Positions 26,148-34,687 of a DNA stretch of 64,000 nt are shown piece after piece. The position numbers were made by a program, and so were the translations under genes. Source of the stretch: Bacteroidales bacterium (lineage in GTDB: Bacteria; Bacteroidota; Bacteroidia; Bacteroidales; WCHB1-69); the NCBI GenBank assembly GCA_035403245.1, contig DAONEU010000001.1, forward strand, positions 1,394-65,393. Reading direction: 5' to 3'. The notes beneath the pieces were generated by a model, which ran no database searches, had not been told where the DNA came from, and was given only the letters and a program-made list of their open reading frames with translations. How positions within the stretch are numbered: position 1 is the first letter of the stretch; each line of letters begins with the position of its first letter.

Positions 26148-26179
26148 AAGTTATTGAACGATTATTTTTTTTAAAGATG

Positions 26180-26187
26180 CAAATTTA
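26180..26187 (-). promoter_or_regulatory. -7 box (TAAATTTG)
   Basis: Exact TAnnTTTG on the minus strand, 32 nt upstream of ATG 26147. Confidence 0.45.
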
Positions 26188-26284
26188 CAACTTTTTTAAT
26201 ATCAAAGAAAACATTTCTATGAAAGGATATCCTGGAAGATAAAAAAGCAATTAAATCTATGAACCAATAATACTCTATTTTGTT

Positions 26285-26292
26285 TATATTTG
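26285..26292 (+). promoter_or_regulatory. -7 box (TATATTTG) for the ABC transporter operon
   Basis: Exact match, 25 nt upstream of ATG 26318. Confidence 0.5.
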
Positions 26293-26317
26293 CCGCTTCA
26301 ATTTTAATAAACTTACT

Positions 26318-27241
26318 ATGGATCAAATTGCAATTCAAACAGATCAATTAACCAGACATTTTGGGGATAGGGTTGCGGTTCATCAACTGAATCTGAAGAT
26401 TCGGAAAGGGGAGATTTTTTCACTTTTGGGTACGAATGGTGCCGGTAAAACAACGACTATAAAAATGTTATGCTGCTTACTTCCTCAGACGTCAGGTGAG
26501 GCCTTTTTAAATGGATTTCAGCTATCAAAAAATCAGCAGGAAATTAAAAAAATTATTGGCGTTTCTCCTCAAGAATCAGCCATAGCAGAACATTTAACTT
26601 CTAAAGAAAACCTTTTGCTTATGGGAGGTGTCTTTGGGCTCTCTAATTCAGAGAATAAGAAAAGAGCACTCAATCTCATGGAACTATTAGAGATAGAAGA
26701 CAGAAAAGATCAAGCGAAGAGATTATCCGGTGGACTTCAAAGAAGATTAAGTATAGCCATGGCTTTGATGTCAGATCCAGAGATATTATTTTTGGATGAA
26801 CCGACACTTGGTTTAGATCCACATGCTCGTAAGTCAGTTTGGAATTATATTGAAAAACTAAAACACCAAAAAACGATATTCCTTACAACTCATTATCTGG
26901 AAGAAGCTGATGCACTTTCAGATCATATCGCAATTATGGAAAGTGGAAATATTATTGCTCAGGGAACCTCTTCAGAATTAAAAGAATTATGCACTAAAGA
27001 GCGGGTTCTGACAATTAAAGCATCTTCAATTACTTCAGAAATTAAAGAATATTGTTCTGAAAATTATGGGTTAACAACCTTATATCAAAATGAATTGACT
27101 ATTCAGGCAAAACAATTTAACATCTATACCATTGTTGACTACTTTAAATCACAAGATGTTCAATTGAAACATATTAGTATGACTGAACCCACTTTAGATG
27201 ATGTTTTTCTTCAATTAACAGGAAAGGAGCGTTTATCATGA
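26318..27241 (+). CDS. ABC transporter ATP-binding protein (ABC-2/DrrA-like exporter)
   Basis: Walker A 'GTNGAGKTT', signature 'LSGGLQRRL', Walker B 'ILFLDEPT'. Confidence 0.88.
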   Translation: MDQIAIQTDQLTRHFGDRVAVHQLNLKIRKGEIFSLLGTNGAGKTTTIKMLCCLLPQTSGEAFLNGFQLSKNQQEIKKIIGVSPQESAIAEHLTSKENLLLMGGVFGLSNSENKKRALNLMELLEIEDRKDQAKRLSGGLQRRLSIAMALMSDPEILFLDEPTLGLDPHARKSVWNYIEKLKHQKTIFLTTHYLEEADALSDHIAIMESGNIIAQGTSSELKELCTKERVLTIKASSITSEIKEYCSENYGLTTLYQNELTIQAKQFNIYTIVDYFKSQDVQLKHISMTEPTLDDVFLQLTGKERLS

Positions 27242-27966
27242 AATTTTATCATTTAGCTTTAAGAAATTTGAAAGAAGTGTATCGTGATAAAGTAACGATG
27301 CTTCTTGGAATCGTTATGCCAGTTGGATTTCTTATTTTATTCTCCTCTATCCAAAAAGGGGTCCAACTTGATATGTTTAAACCCGATTCTCTTGCTCCGG
27401 GAATTATTGTATTTTGTTTTGCTTTTCTTACGATGTTTTGTTCCATTTTAATTGCAAAGGACAGAGAAAATGCATTTCTATTCAGACTCTATACTACTCC
27501 ATTGAAAGCTAAGGACTATATTTTGTCTTATACACTTCCCTTCATTCCTCTGGCAATATTACAGACAGTGATCTGTTTTGTGATTGCTGTAGTTTTGGGA
27601 GCAGAATTTACCAATATTGCTACTGCGTCTTTAATCCTTTTTATGGTAGCTCTGATTTTTATCTTTTTAGGGGTCATTTTTGGATCTCTATTCTCACTCA
27701 ATCAAGTCTCTGCTGTGGGATCCATTTTTATAACAATTGCCTCACTATTCAGTGGTGCATGGATGGATTTAAAAATGATTGGAGGGGTATTCGATACTTT
27801 CGGATATGCGATACCATTTGCTCATTCTGTAGATATTAGTAGGGCATTATTGTCCGGAAAAGGGATGACCGGATTATACGGAAGTCTTTGGGTAATCATT
27901 GGATATCTTGTTGTATTGGCGATATTATCCTTTTTTGCTTTTAAAAAAGCTATGAAAAAAATATAA
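27238..27966 (+). CDS. ABC-2-type transporter permease
   Basis: Six predicted TM segments. ATGA overlap with the ATPase gene (4 nt). Confidence 0.75.
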   Translation: MKFYHLALRNLKEVYRDKVTMLLGIVMPVGFLILFSSIQKGVQLDMFKPDSLAPGIIVFCFAFLTMFCSILIAKDRENAFLFRLYTTPLKAKDYILSYTLPFIPLAILQTVICFVIAVVLGAEFTNIATASLILFMVALIFIFLGVIFGSLFSLNQVSAVGSIFITIASLFSGAWMDLKMIGGVFDTFGYAIPFAHSVDISRALLSGKGMTGLYGSLWVIIGYLVVLAILSFFAFKKAMKKI

Positions 27967-27981
27967 TTTAAAACCTCAGGG

Positions 27982-30015
27982 ATGAAATTTTTAAAATCTG
28001 TTTTAGCACTCTTATTTATTACTATTTCTGTGTCCATTATTGCACAAGAGACAAATAATCAGTATCATAGAGATTGGGACTATAGTCAGTTTACTTACAA
28101 CAAAAAGATACAAGTTTATCCCCATATTTATCAAAATGGCCCCAAATCAGATGTTTCAGGTGAAGATTTAGGAATTTCTGAAATAACAACCCATTATTCA
28201 TCCACTTTTGCGTATCAGGATGTTCCCATTGCCTTTTATGTAAAAGTGAATAATTACGGATCAACAGCCGCTTCTGGATTTACCCTTACTATTACAGATA
28301 ACGGATCTTATAATCAGAGTGTTACGATTTCAACATTATTGAATTCAGGCACTTATACGATATACGAATTTCCTTGCTGGATTCCTTCTTCTACCGGAAA
28401 TAAAACTATAACTGCAACAGTCAATAATTCCGGAGATGTTGTGATATCTAATAATACAACAACTACAACCATAACTGTTTATACATTTCAAAAAACAGAT
28501 CCACCAGCCACTTTAGTGAGATCAATTGCTGAATTTGAACCTCAAAGGGGAGCATTGATCAGGGCTTCTGTATCGGGAAGTAGTGTTACTTTTGGTGTTC
28601 CGATTCAATTGATCAGGGAGATCGCGGAAGAAGACACGCTATATATTGTTTGTAGCAATCAAACTGCAGCCAATACAATTCAGAACTATTTAACGAATAA
28701 TACCATTAATAGTTCGCAAGTAAAATATATTTTTAATGCAACTAACTCCCACTGGACCAGAGATTATGGCCCCTGGTTTGTTGAAAATGAGACTCACCAG
28801 TTAGAAGTGATTGACTTTCCTTATAATCGAAATAGGCCCAATGATTCTCAGGTACCCAGAGCATTTGCCAATGCAACCGGAAATACTATTTATGGGATGC
28901 CCCTTTTGCATACCGGTGGTAATTTTATGACTGATGGGATGGGAGTTGCCGCTTCTTGTGATTTAGTAGACTATGAAAATAGTTGCTACAACCAAAATGA
29001 GTTGGATAGCTTGTATCTGAACTACTTAGGGATTACAACATATCATACTATTCCGGATCCATTGAATTCTTATATCCAACATATTGATTGTTGGGGTAAG
29101 TTTTTAGCACCCGATAAGATTATGATTCTTCAGGTTCCATCAAATAATGCCAACTATTCAGATTTGGAGAATGCTGCCCAGTATTTTGCAAATCTGACCT
29201 CCTCTTATGGAAATAAATACAAAGTATATCGTGTTTATACTCCTAATAATCAACCTTATACAAATTCGTTAATTCTTAATAATAAAGTCTTGGTCCCTAT
29301 GAATCCAACTTATGGATCGAGTTGTTATCAGGCCGCTCTGGATTCCTATCAGCAGGCAATGCCCGGATACGAAATTATTGGTGTTTCCTATAATGATTGG
29401 TATGACACCGATGCCCTTCACTGTAGAGCCATTCAGTTACCACAATCTGACATGTTAAGAATTGTGCATCAACCTATTTTAGATTCCATTCCTTTTGAAA
29501 ATAGTGTTACAATTGCCGCAACAGTATATACATTAGGAAATAATTCAGGGATAACGTATGATGTAAAACTTCATTATCAAATAAATCAAAATAATTATCA
29601 AACCCTTGATATGATTTTACAATCATCACAATATGAGGCTGTTATACAAAATTTGAATCCAAATGATACGGTTCGTTATTATATTGAAGCTACTAACTCA
29701 AATAACAAACATCTGTTTCATCCGTTTGCGGGAGTAGCTGATCCACACCGTTTTTATTTGAAAAGTGGAACATCAATCTCCTCATGGGATTCTGCATTAC
29801 AGTTTAATGTATATCCAAATCCTGCTTCTCAAAATGTATTTATAGAAATATCGGATGAGGTATTTAACGTTGAGATTTATACCCTAATAGGCAAACTGAT
29901 TAGTAGAGACTATAATAACAAAATATTAAATATTGAAGCACTTCCTCCAGGAACTTACATTTTAAAAGTTACCTCCAATAACAAAGTCGGCTACAGAAAA
30001 ATCGTCATTTATTGA
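27982..30015 (+). CDS. secreted agmatine-deiminase/peptidyl-arginine-deiminase (PF04371-like) protein with a T9SS type-A C-terminal domain
   Basis: Guanidino-modifying motifs 'HWTRDYGPWF', 'IQHIDCWGKF' and the catalytic-Cys context 'DTDALHCRA'. Signal peptide. C-terminal 'VYPNPASQNVFIEI...LPPGTYILKVTS...KIVIY'. Confidence 0.7.
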   Translation: MKFLKSVLALLFITISVSIIAQETNNQYHRDWDYSQFTYNKKIQVYPHIYQNGPKSDVSGEDLGISEITTHYSSTFAYQDVPIAFYVKVNNYGSTAASGFTLTITDNGSYNQSVTISTLLNSGTYTIYEFPCWIPSSTGNKTITATVNNSGDVVISNNTTTTTITVYTFQKTDPPATLVRSIAEFEPQRGALIRASVSGSSVTFGVPIQLIREIAEEDTLYIVCSNQTAANTIQNYLTNNTINSSQVKYIFNATNSHWTRDYGPWFVENETHQLEVIDFPYNRNRPNDSQVPRAFANATGNTIYGMPLLHTGGNFMTDGMGVAASCDLVDYENSCYNQNELDSLYLNYLGITTYHTIPDPLNSYIQHIDCWGKFLAPDKIMILQVPSNNANYSDLENAAQYFANLTSSYGNKYKVYRVYTPNNQPYTNSLILNNKVLVPMNPTYGSSCYQAALDSYQQAMPGYEIIGVSYNDWYDTDALHCRAIQLPQSDMLRIVHQPILDSIPFENSVTIAATVYTLGNNSGITYDVKLHYQINQNNYQTLDMILQSSQYEAVIQNLNPNDTVRYYIEATNSNNKHLFHPFAGVADPHRFYLKSGTSISSWDSALQFNVYPNPASQNVFIEISDEVFNVEIYTLIGKLISRDYNNKILNIEALPPGTYILKVTSNNKVGYRKIVIY

Positions 30016-30038
30016 GCACACGAGCACATGTGCACAAG
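30014..30038. repeat. (A)GCACA word array with a 10-bp palindrome GCACATGTGC in a convergent spacer
   Basis: 'GAGCACACGAGCACATGTGCACAAG' fills most of the 32-nt gap between two convergent stops. The palindrome is at 30024-30033. Confidence 0.6.
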
Positions 30039-30047
30039 AAAAAAGGT

Positions 30048-31451
30048 TTATTTTCTGAATTTAGTAGTATCTAATTCAAAAGTAAAATTCTTTTCATCAG
30101 AGCAGTGCAGCATACATTGATCACAAATGGAGAGTTCCCCTTTCAAACGGCGTTTAATCATATCGTTTAAGCGTTCTCTTAGTTTATCAATCTCTACGAA
30201 ATTGGCCACTTCGTTAGCAAAAGCGTACATCAGTAACATGCGTGCATTTCTCATACAGATCCCTCTGGAACGTATATAAAACATAGCATTTTCATCCAAT
30301 TGACCCACAGTAGCACCGTGGCTACACTTCACGTCATCGGCGTAGATTTCCAGAAATGGACGTGTTGTGATTTTAGCATCATCAGTTAATGCAATATTTC
30401 TGTTAACCTGATAAGCTGCAGTTCTTTGCGCATCTTTTTGAACTACTATATGCCCATTAAAGTTGGCACCAGCTTCATCATCAGCGATCCCTTTATAGAT
30501 TTGATTGCTTGTACAATCAGGGGAATTGTGTAATACATACACTTGATTGTCAACGTATTGTTGTTTGTCTACTAAATATAAGCCGTATAACTTAGCATCA
30601 GCACCCGGTTCATTCAAATTAACCTGAATTCCATTTCTGACATAACCACTATTAAAAGTAATAATATTCGAAATAAAACGGGAATCCCGTTTTTGATTAA
30701 CGAAAGTGTTGTTAACCAATAAAGTATGTTTGTCTTTATTCTCCATTTTGTAATAATGGAGTTGTCCGTTTTCAGCAATATCAGCTTCGAGAATATTATT
30801 GATAAAACTATTTTCTTCATGAATAGAGTCATCACAATGTACCAATGATAATGAACTATTTTTTCCAACAATCACTAAATGACGATGTTGAACCATAATC
30901 TTTTCAGAAGTATCAACAACTGAAACGATTTGAATAGGTTGTTCAATGATAACATTATCAGGAACATAAATAAAAAGACCATCTGTGAAAAGAGCCTGAT
31001 TCAAAGAGATGAGACCATCTAATTGATTCGGATCCATTTGGGCGAAATGGGTTTTAATCAAATCAGGGAATTGACGAAAAGCTTCCAAAATACTACCCAC
31101 AACCATACCATTTTCATGAAACTCCAAAGGTTGATTATGATGAACATACCATCCATTCAAAAAAGTGTACATGGATGTTCCAATATCTTTAATGTCACAT
31201 GTAAAATATTCACCTACAGGTCGATAAGGATTAGGTTTGTCTTGAATAGTATAAAAATCGGTCGAAACTTTTTCCTCCAAAAGGGTGTCAATCGCTTTAT
31301 GACGCCATTTTTCAATTTTATTATTTGGAAAATCTTGTATTTCAAAAAGTTCTATCCCTTTTTTTCGAATATTGAGAATATATTCAGGGTCCTGAAATCC
31401 CGATATAATTTGGTTATATTGCTTTTGAATAGCGTTTTTTAGATCGCTCAT
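30048..31451 (-). CDS. sufD: Fe-S cluster assembly protein SufD with a Cys-rich C-terminal tail
   Basis: 'LEIYADDVKCSHGATVGQLDENAMFYIRSRGI' is the SufD-type motif (not SufB). An extra tail carries 'CDQCMLHC'. Confidence 0.85.
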   Translation of the reverse strand: MSDLKNAIQKQYNQIISGFQDPEYILNIRKKGIELFEIQDFPNNKIEKWRHKAIDTLLEEKVSTDFYTIQDKPNPYRPVGEYFTCDIKDIGTSMYTFLNGWYVHHNQPLEFHENGMVVGSILEAFRQFPDLIKTHFAQMDPNQLDGLISLNQALFTDGLFIYVPDNVIIEQPIQIVSVVDTSEKIMVQHRHLVIVGKNSSLSLVHCDDSIHEENSFINNILEADIAENGQLHYYKMENKDKHTLLVNNTFVNQKRDSRFISNIITFNSGYVRNGIQVNLNEPGADAKLYGLYLVDKQQYVDNQVYVLHNSPDCTSNQIYKGIADDEAGANFNGHIVVQKDAQRTAAYQVNRNIALTDDAKITTRPFLEIYADDVKCSHGATVGQLDENAMFYIRSRGICMRNARMLLMYAFANEVANFVEIDKLRERLNDMIKRRLKGELSICDQCMLHCSDEKNFTFELDTTKFRK

Positions 31452-31454
31452 AAA

Positions 31455-32219
31455 TTAGATTAGTTTGCCTTGTTCGTAATCATTTTTAATCCAATCGTAC
31501 CCTTTTTCTTCCATTTCGATGGCTAGCTCTTTAGGACCGGATTTTACAATTTTTCCGTCAAATAAAATATGAACCACATCAGGAACAATATAATCCAGAA
31601 GTCTTTGATAATGGGTGATCACAACTGTTGCATTTTCGCTATTTTTGAGTTGATTAACACCGTTTGCAACAATTCTGAGGGCATCGATATCCAAACCTGA
31701 ATCAGTTTCATCGAGGATAGCTAGTTCTGGTTCTAAAACAGCCATTTGGAAAATCTCGTTTCTCTTTTTTTCGCCACCGGAAAAGCCTTCATTTACAGAA
31801 CGATCGCTCAACTTGGAAGTGAGTTCCACTACTTTCTTTTTCTCTTCCATTAATTTTAAAAATTGAGCTCCTGAAAGAGGTTGTAATCCTTTATATTCTC
31901 TAATTTCATTCAAGGCTGTACGCATAAAATTAGTGATGCTAACTCCTGGGATCTCAACAGGATATTGAAATCCGATAAAAATTCCTTCTCTTGCTCTATC
32001 TTCGATAGGTAACTCCAATAAATTTTTACCTTTATAGGTGATCGAACCTTGAGTAACCTCAAAAACATCTTTTCCTGCAATTACTGAGGCTAAAGTGCTT
32101 TTTCCGGTTCCATTAGGTCCCATAATGGCATGAACTTCCCCTTTATTAACCTGTAAGTTGACCCCTTTTAATATCTCTTTTCCTTTAATAGAAACGTGTA
32201 AATTCTCGATTTTTAACAT
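31455..32219 (-). CDS. sufC: Fe-S cluster assembly ATPase SufC
   Basis: 'MLKIENLHVSIKGKEILKGVNL', Walker A 'GPNGTGKST', 'FSGGEKKRNEI', 'LAILDETDSGLD'. Confidence 0.92.
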   Translation of the reverse strand: MLKIENLHVSIKGKEILKGVNLQVNKGEVHAIMGPNGTGKSTLASVIAGKDVFEVTQGSITYKGKNLLELPIEDRAREGIFIGFQYPVEIPGVSITNFMRTALNEIREYKGLQPLSGAQFLKLMEEKKKVVELTSKLSDRSVNEGFSGGEKKRNEIFQMAVLEPELAILDETDSGLDIDALRIVANGVNQLKNSENATVVITHYQRLLDYIVPDVVHILFDGKIVKSGPKELAIEMEEKGYDWIKNDYEQGKLI

Positions 32220-32256
32220 GTTATGATGTGATTTATAATATTAATTTTTAGAACTG

Positions 32257-32264
32257 CAAATATA
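32257..32264 (-). promoter_or_regulatory. -7 box (TATATTTG) directly upstream of sufC
   Basis: Exact match on the minus strand, 37 nt upstream of ATG 32219. Confidence 0.5.
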
Positions 32265-32341
32265 CATTAGAATTTTGAAAGATAATAAAAGAAAATATAA
32301 ATACATGGGATTGAAAAATACGATAACCGAAAGGGAAGAAA

Positions 32342-32376
32342 AATTAGCAAATTCGTAAATTTGTGAATTAGCAAAT
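32342..32376. repeat. direct repeat AATTAGCAAAT x2 (24-nt register) flanking an AATTC/GAATT inverted repeat
   Basis: Copies at 32342-32352 and 32366-32376, in the divergent spacer between sufC and the acyltransferase gene. Confidence 0.6.
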
Positions 32377-32430
32377 GAATATTTCTTAGTGGTTTGATCA
32401 TTAAAATGCCAAAAAGTGTAACTTTTTTAG

Positions 32431-32438
32431 TATTTTTG
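32431..32438 (+). promoter_or_regulatory. -7 box (TATTTTTG) for the acyltransferase gene
   Basis: Exact match, 57 nt upstream of ATG 32496. Confidence 0.45.
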
Positions 32439-32495
32439 TCAAAATATTTAAATACTAAGATATTTCAACATTTTTTAACAAACTGATTGATTTTT

Positions 32496-33317
32496 ATGTC
32501 TCTTTCCGAAATTAAAGTAAAGTATATAGATGTTGAAAATAAAATAATGGAGAGTGATTCTAAATTATTAAAAAGTTTTCCAAAATTTTTTATTAACTTT
32601 TTATCATGGCTTGTTCAAGAGAATGAAATGAACCGGATTATGAATAAATATGCGGATACTTCTGAAGTAACATTCTTAGAAAAAGTAATTGAAGAGTTTC
32701 AACTTGATTTACAAATAGAAGGATTGGAAAATTTACCGGAAAACGGTAAATGTTTTTTTGTAGGAAACCATCCGTTCGGCGTAATAGATGGCTTAATATT
32801 AACACATACGGTTTGCAAAAAGTACGGAACTCTGAAAGCAATTGGAAATGATGCTTTTACTTTTATACCACAACTAAAACCCTTGATAGCAGCGGTCAAT
32901 GTTTATGATCGTACTTCAAAAGACTATATCATGGAGCTTCAAAAAATCTATGAATCGGACATTCCTATGACCCATTTTCCTGCCGGTGAAGTTTCCAGAC
33001 TTTATCATTGGAAAATTCAAGATGCTCATTGGCAAAAAAGTTTCATTGGGAAAGCTGTTTCATGTCAAAGAGATATTGTTCCATTCCATTTTTACGGAAG
33101 GAACTCTATCCAATTTTATACCATTTTTGTAATTAGAACGTTATTCGGAATCAAACTAAATCTGGAATTAAGTTTATTAACTCGTGAAATGTTTAGAAAA
33201 CGAGGAAAAACAATCAAAGTCAAAATTGGAAAACCAATTCCATATCAAACATTTGATAAATCCAATAATCATAATATTTGGGCTCAAAAAGTGAGAGATA
33301 TTGTCTATGGTTTATAA
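32496..33317 (+). CDS. lysophospholipid/aminolipid O-acyltransferase-like protein (PlsC superfamily)
   Basis: H-x4-D acyltransferase motif 'GNHPFGVIDG' and 'FPAGEVSR'. First ATG at 32496 (the listed start 32487 is TTG). Confidence 0.65.
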   Translation: MSLSEIKVKYIDVENKIMESDSKLLKSFPKFFINFLSWLVQENEMNRIMNKYADTSEVTFLEKVIEEFQLDLQIEGLENLPENGKCFFVGNHPFGVIDGLILTHTVCKKYGTLKAIGNDAFTFIPQLKPLIAAVNVYDRTSKDYIMELQKIYESDIPMTHFPAGEVSRLYHWKIQDAHWQKSFIGKAVSCQRDIVPFHFYGRNSIQFYTIFVIRTLFGIKLNLELSLLTREMFRKRGKTIKVKIGKPIPYQTFDKSNNHNIWAQKVRDIVYGL

Positions 33318-33351
33318 ATTATTTCAATTTATTAACTAAAAAAAATATTTT

Positions 33352-34032
33352 ATGACAATTTACTTAAAAGAAATGATGTTCAGATGGTGGTATTGGTATG
33401 TCAGCAAAGTGGACAAAAATGCTGAAATTCAATTTATGAATTATGGGTATCATGACCCCAATAATCATGTACCATTACTTCAACAGCATGAACCTAATCG
33501 TTACTCCATTCAGTTGTATCATCATTTTACGCAGCATATTCCTATAAATCAAAAAGATATTGTGGAGATCGGATCGGGTAGAGGTGGTGGAATCTCATAT
33601 TTAACTCAAACGTTCCACCCTAAATCGGCAATAGGCATTGACCTTGAGGAAAAAGCAGTTGATTTTTCAAATAAACATCATCAAGATTCAAATTTGAAGT
33701 TTTTACAAGGGGATGCACAAAAATTAAATTTACCAAATCACTCTTGTGATATTGTTCTCAATGTTGAATCTTCTCATAGATATCCTGATAATCCGGCTTT
33801 TTTATCTGAAGTTAAACGTATTTTAAGACCTAATGGTCACTTTTTCTATACCGATTTTCGTTATAATCATGAGATGGATCAATTTAAAGAAGAATTGAAT
33901 CAATCCGGTATGGAAATCATTCAAGAACAAATCATTAATGACCAGGTAGTTGAAGCCTTGAGAATGGATGATAAAAGAAGAAGAGACTTAGTTAAAAAAC
34001 TAACTCCTTTTTCTTGCATAAAATTGCTTTGA
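33352..34032 (+). CDS. class I SAM-dependent methyltransferase (Rv2952-like lipid O-methyltransferase family); 3' end appears frameshifted, with the reading frame continuing to 34121
   Basis: SAM motif 'VEIGSGRGGG', plus 'EPNRYSIQLYHH' and 'VLNVESSHRYPD'. See the finding for the T5 run at 34008-34012. Confidence 0.8.
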   Translation: MTIYLKEMMFRWWYWYVSKVDKNAEIQFMNYGYHDPNNHVPLLQQHEPNRYSIQLYHHFTQHIPINQKDIVEIGSGRGGGISYLTQTFHPKSAIGIDLEEKAVDFSNKHHQDSNLKFLQGDAQKLNLPNHSCDIVLNVESSHRYPDNPAFLSEVKRILRPNGHFFYTDFRYNHEMDQFKEELNQSGMEIIQEQIINDQVVEALRMDDKRRRDLVKKLTPFSCIKLL

Positions 34033-34125
34033 ATTTTTCAGGAGCAATCGACTCTGAAACTTTCAATAAAATTGCTAATAAAGATTATATCTATTTCAGC
34101 TACATCTTGTTAAAAAAATAACCCA

Positions 34126-34150
34126 ATCCATCAGAATGGTTCTGATGGAT
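34126..34150. terminator. bidirectional hairpin between convergent genes
   Basis: 11-bp perfect stem (ATCCATCAGAA / TTCTGATGGAT) with a 3-nt loop. A T7 run follows on the minus strand. Confidence 0.6.
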
Positions 34151-34157
34151 AACTGGA

Positions 34158-34598
34158 TTAGCTTTTTCTTAACATTCTTGCTTGATCGTACAATGCTTGT
34201 TCCTCTTCAGTTTGAGGTTGAATTTCAATGTTATGAGGTGTTGCATTGGTGGTTTCATCCACATGAATAAATGTGATAAATCCACTTACGAATGACTCAT
34301 TATCAATTCCTGTAGTAACATGAATATAAGCAACTAAACTACTTTTACCTGCAAAGACAATCTTAGACGAAAATTTTAAAATTTGTCCGGGTCTAACAGG
34401 TTTGGTAAAGTACATCCCGTGAATTTTTAAACAAACGATGTGCTTTGGATGTATTAATGATGCAGCAGAAACAAAGCCTGATTCCACAAACCATTCAGCG
34501 GTTCTTCCGGCAAAAAGGGTTCCATGATGATTTAAGTCTTCACTTTTTACTAATCTAACGGTGTCTGTCCAAAAAGGAATAACTATTTTCTTTTCCAT
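34158..34598 (-). CDS. hotdog-fold acyl-CoA thioesterase
   Basis: 146 aa. 'DLNHHGTLFAGRTAEWFVESGF' is typical of YciA/Acot-type thioesterases. Confidence 0.7.
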   Translation of the reverse strand: MEKKIVIPFWTDTVRLVKSEDLNHHGTLFAGRTAEWFVESGFVSAASLIHPKHIVCLKIHGMYFTKPVRPGQILKFSSKIVFAGKSSLVAYIHVTTGIDNESFVSGFITFIHVDETTNATPHNIEIQPQTEEEQALYDQARMLRKS

Positions 34599-34613
34599 AA
34601 AATATTGACATTT

Positions 34614-34640
34614 AATAGGTTTGCAATTTGTAAACCTATT
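34614..34640. promoter_or_regulatory. perfect 9-bp inverted repeat (AATAGGTTT-n9-AAACCTATT) at the predicted start of the thioesterase transcript
   Basis: Arms at 34614-34622 and 34632-34640, immediately downstream of the minus-strand -7 box at 34643-34650. Confidence 0.5.
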
Positions 34641-34642
34641 GG

Positions 34643-34650
34643 CAAAATTA
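34643..34650 (-). promoter_or_regulatory. -7 box (TAATTTTG) for the thioesterase gene
   Basis: Exact TAnnTTTG, 44 nt upstream of ATG 34598. Confidence 0.45.
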
Positions 34651-34687
34651 CAAAAAATTATAAAACAATTTTCAACAAAAATTCAAA

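Noticed and set aside
32220-32495. tRNA, rRNA or other structured-RNA genes in the larger spacers (32220-32495, 21979-22146, 26148-26317, 6665-6848, 40000-40184, 46558-46677).
   Set aside because: All are strongly AT-rich, with no cloverleaf-compatible GC-rich stems or rRNA-like sequence. Promoter boxes and short repeats account for their content.
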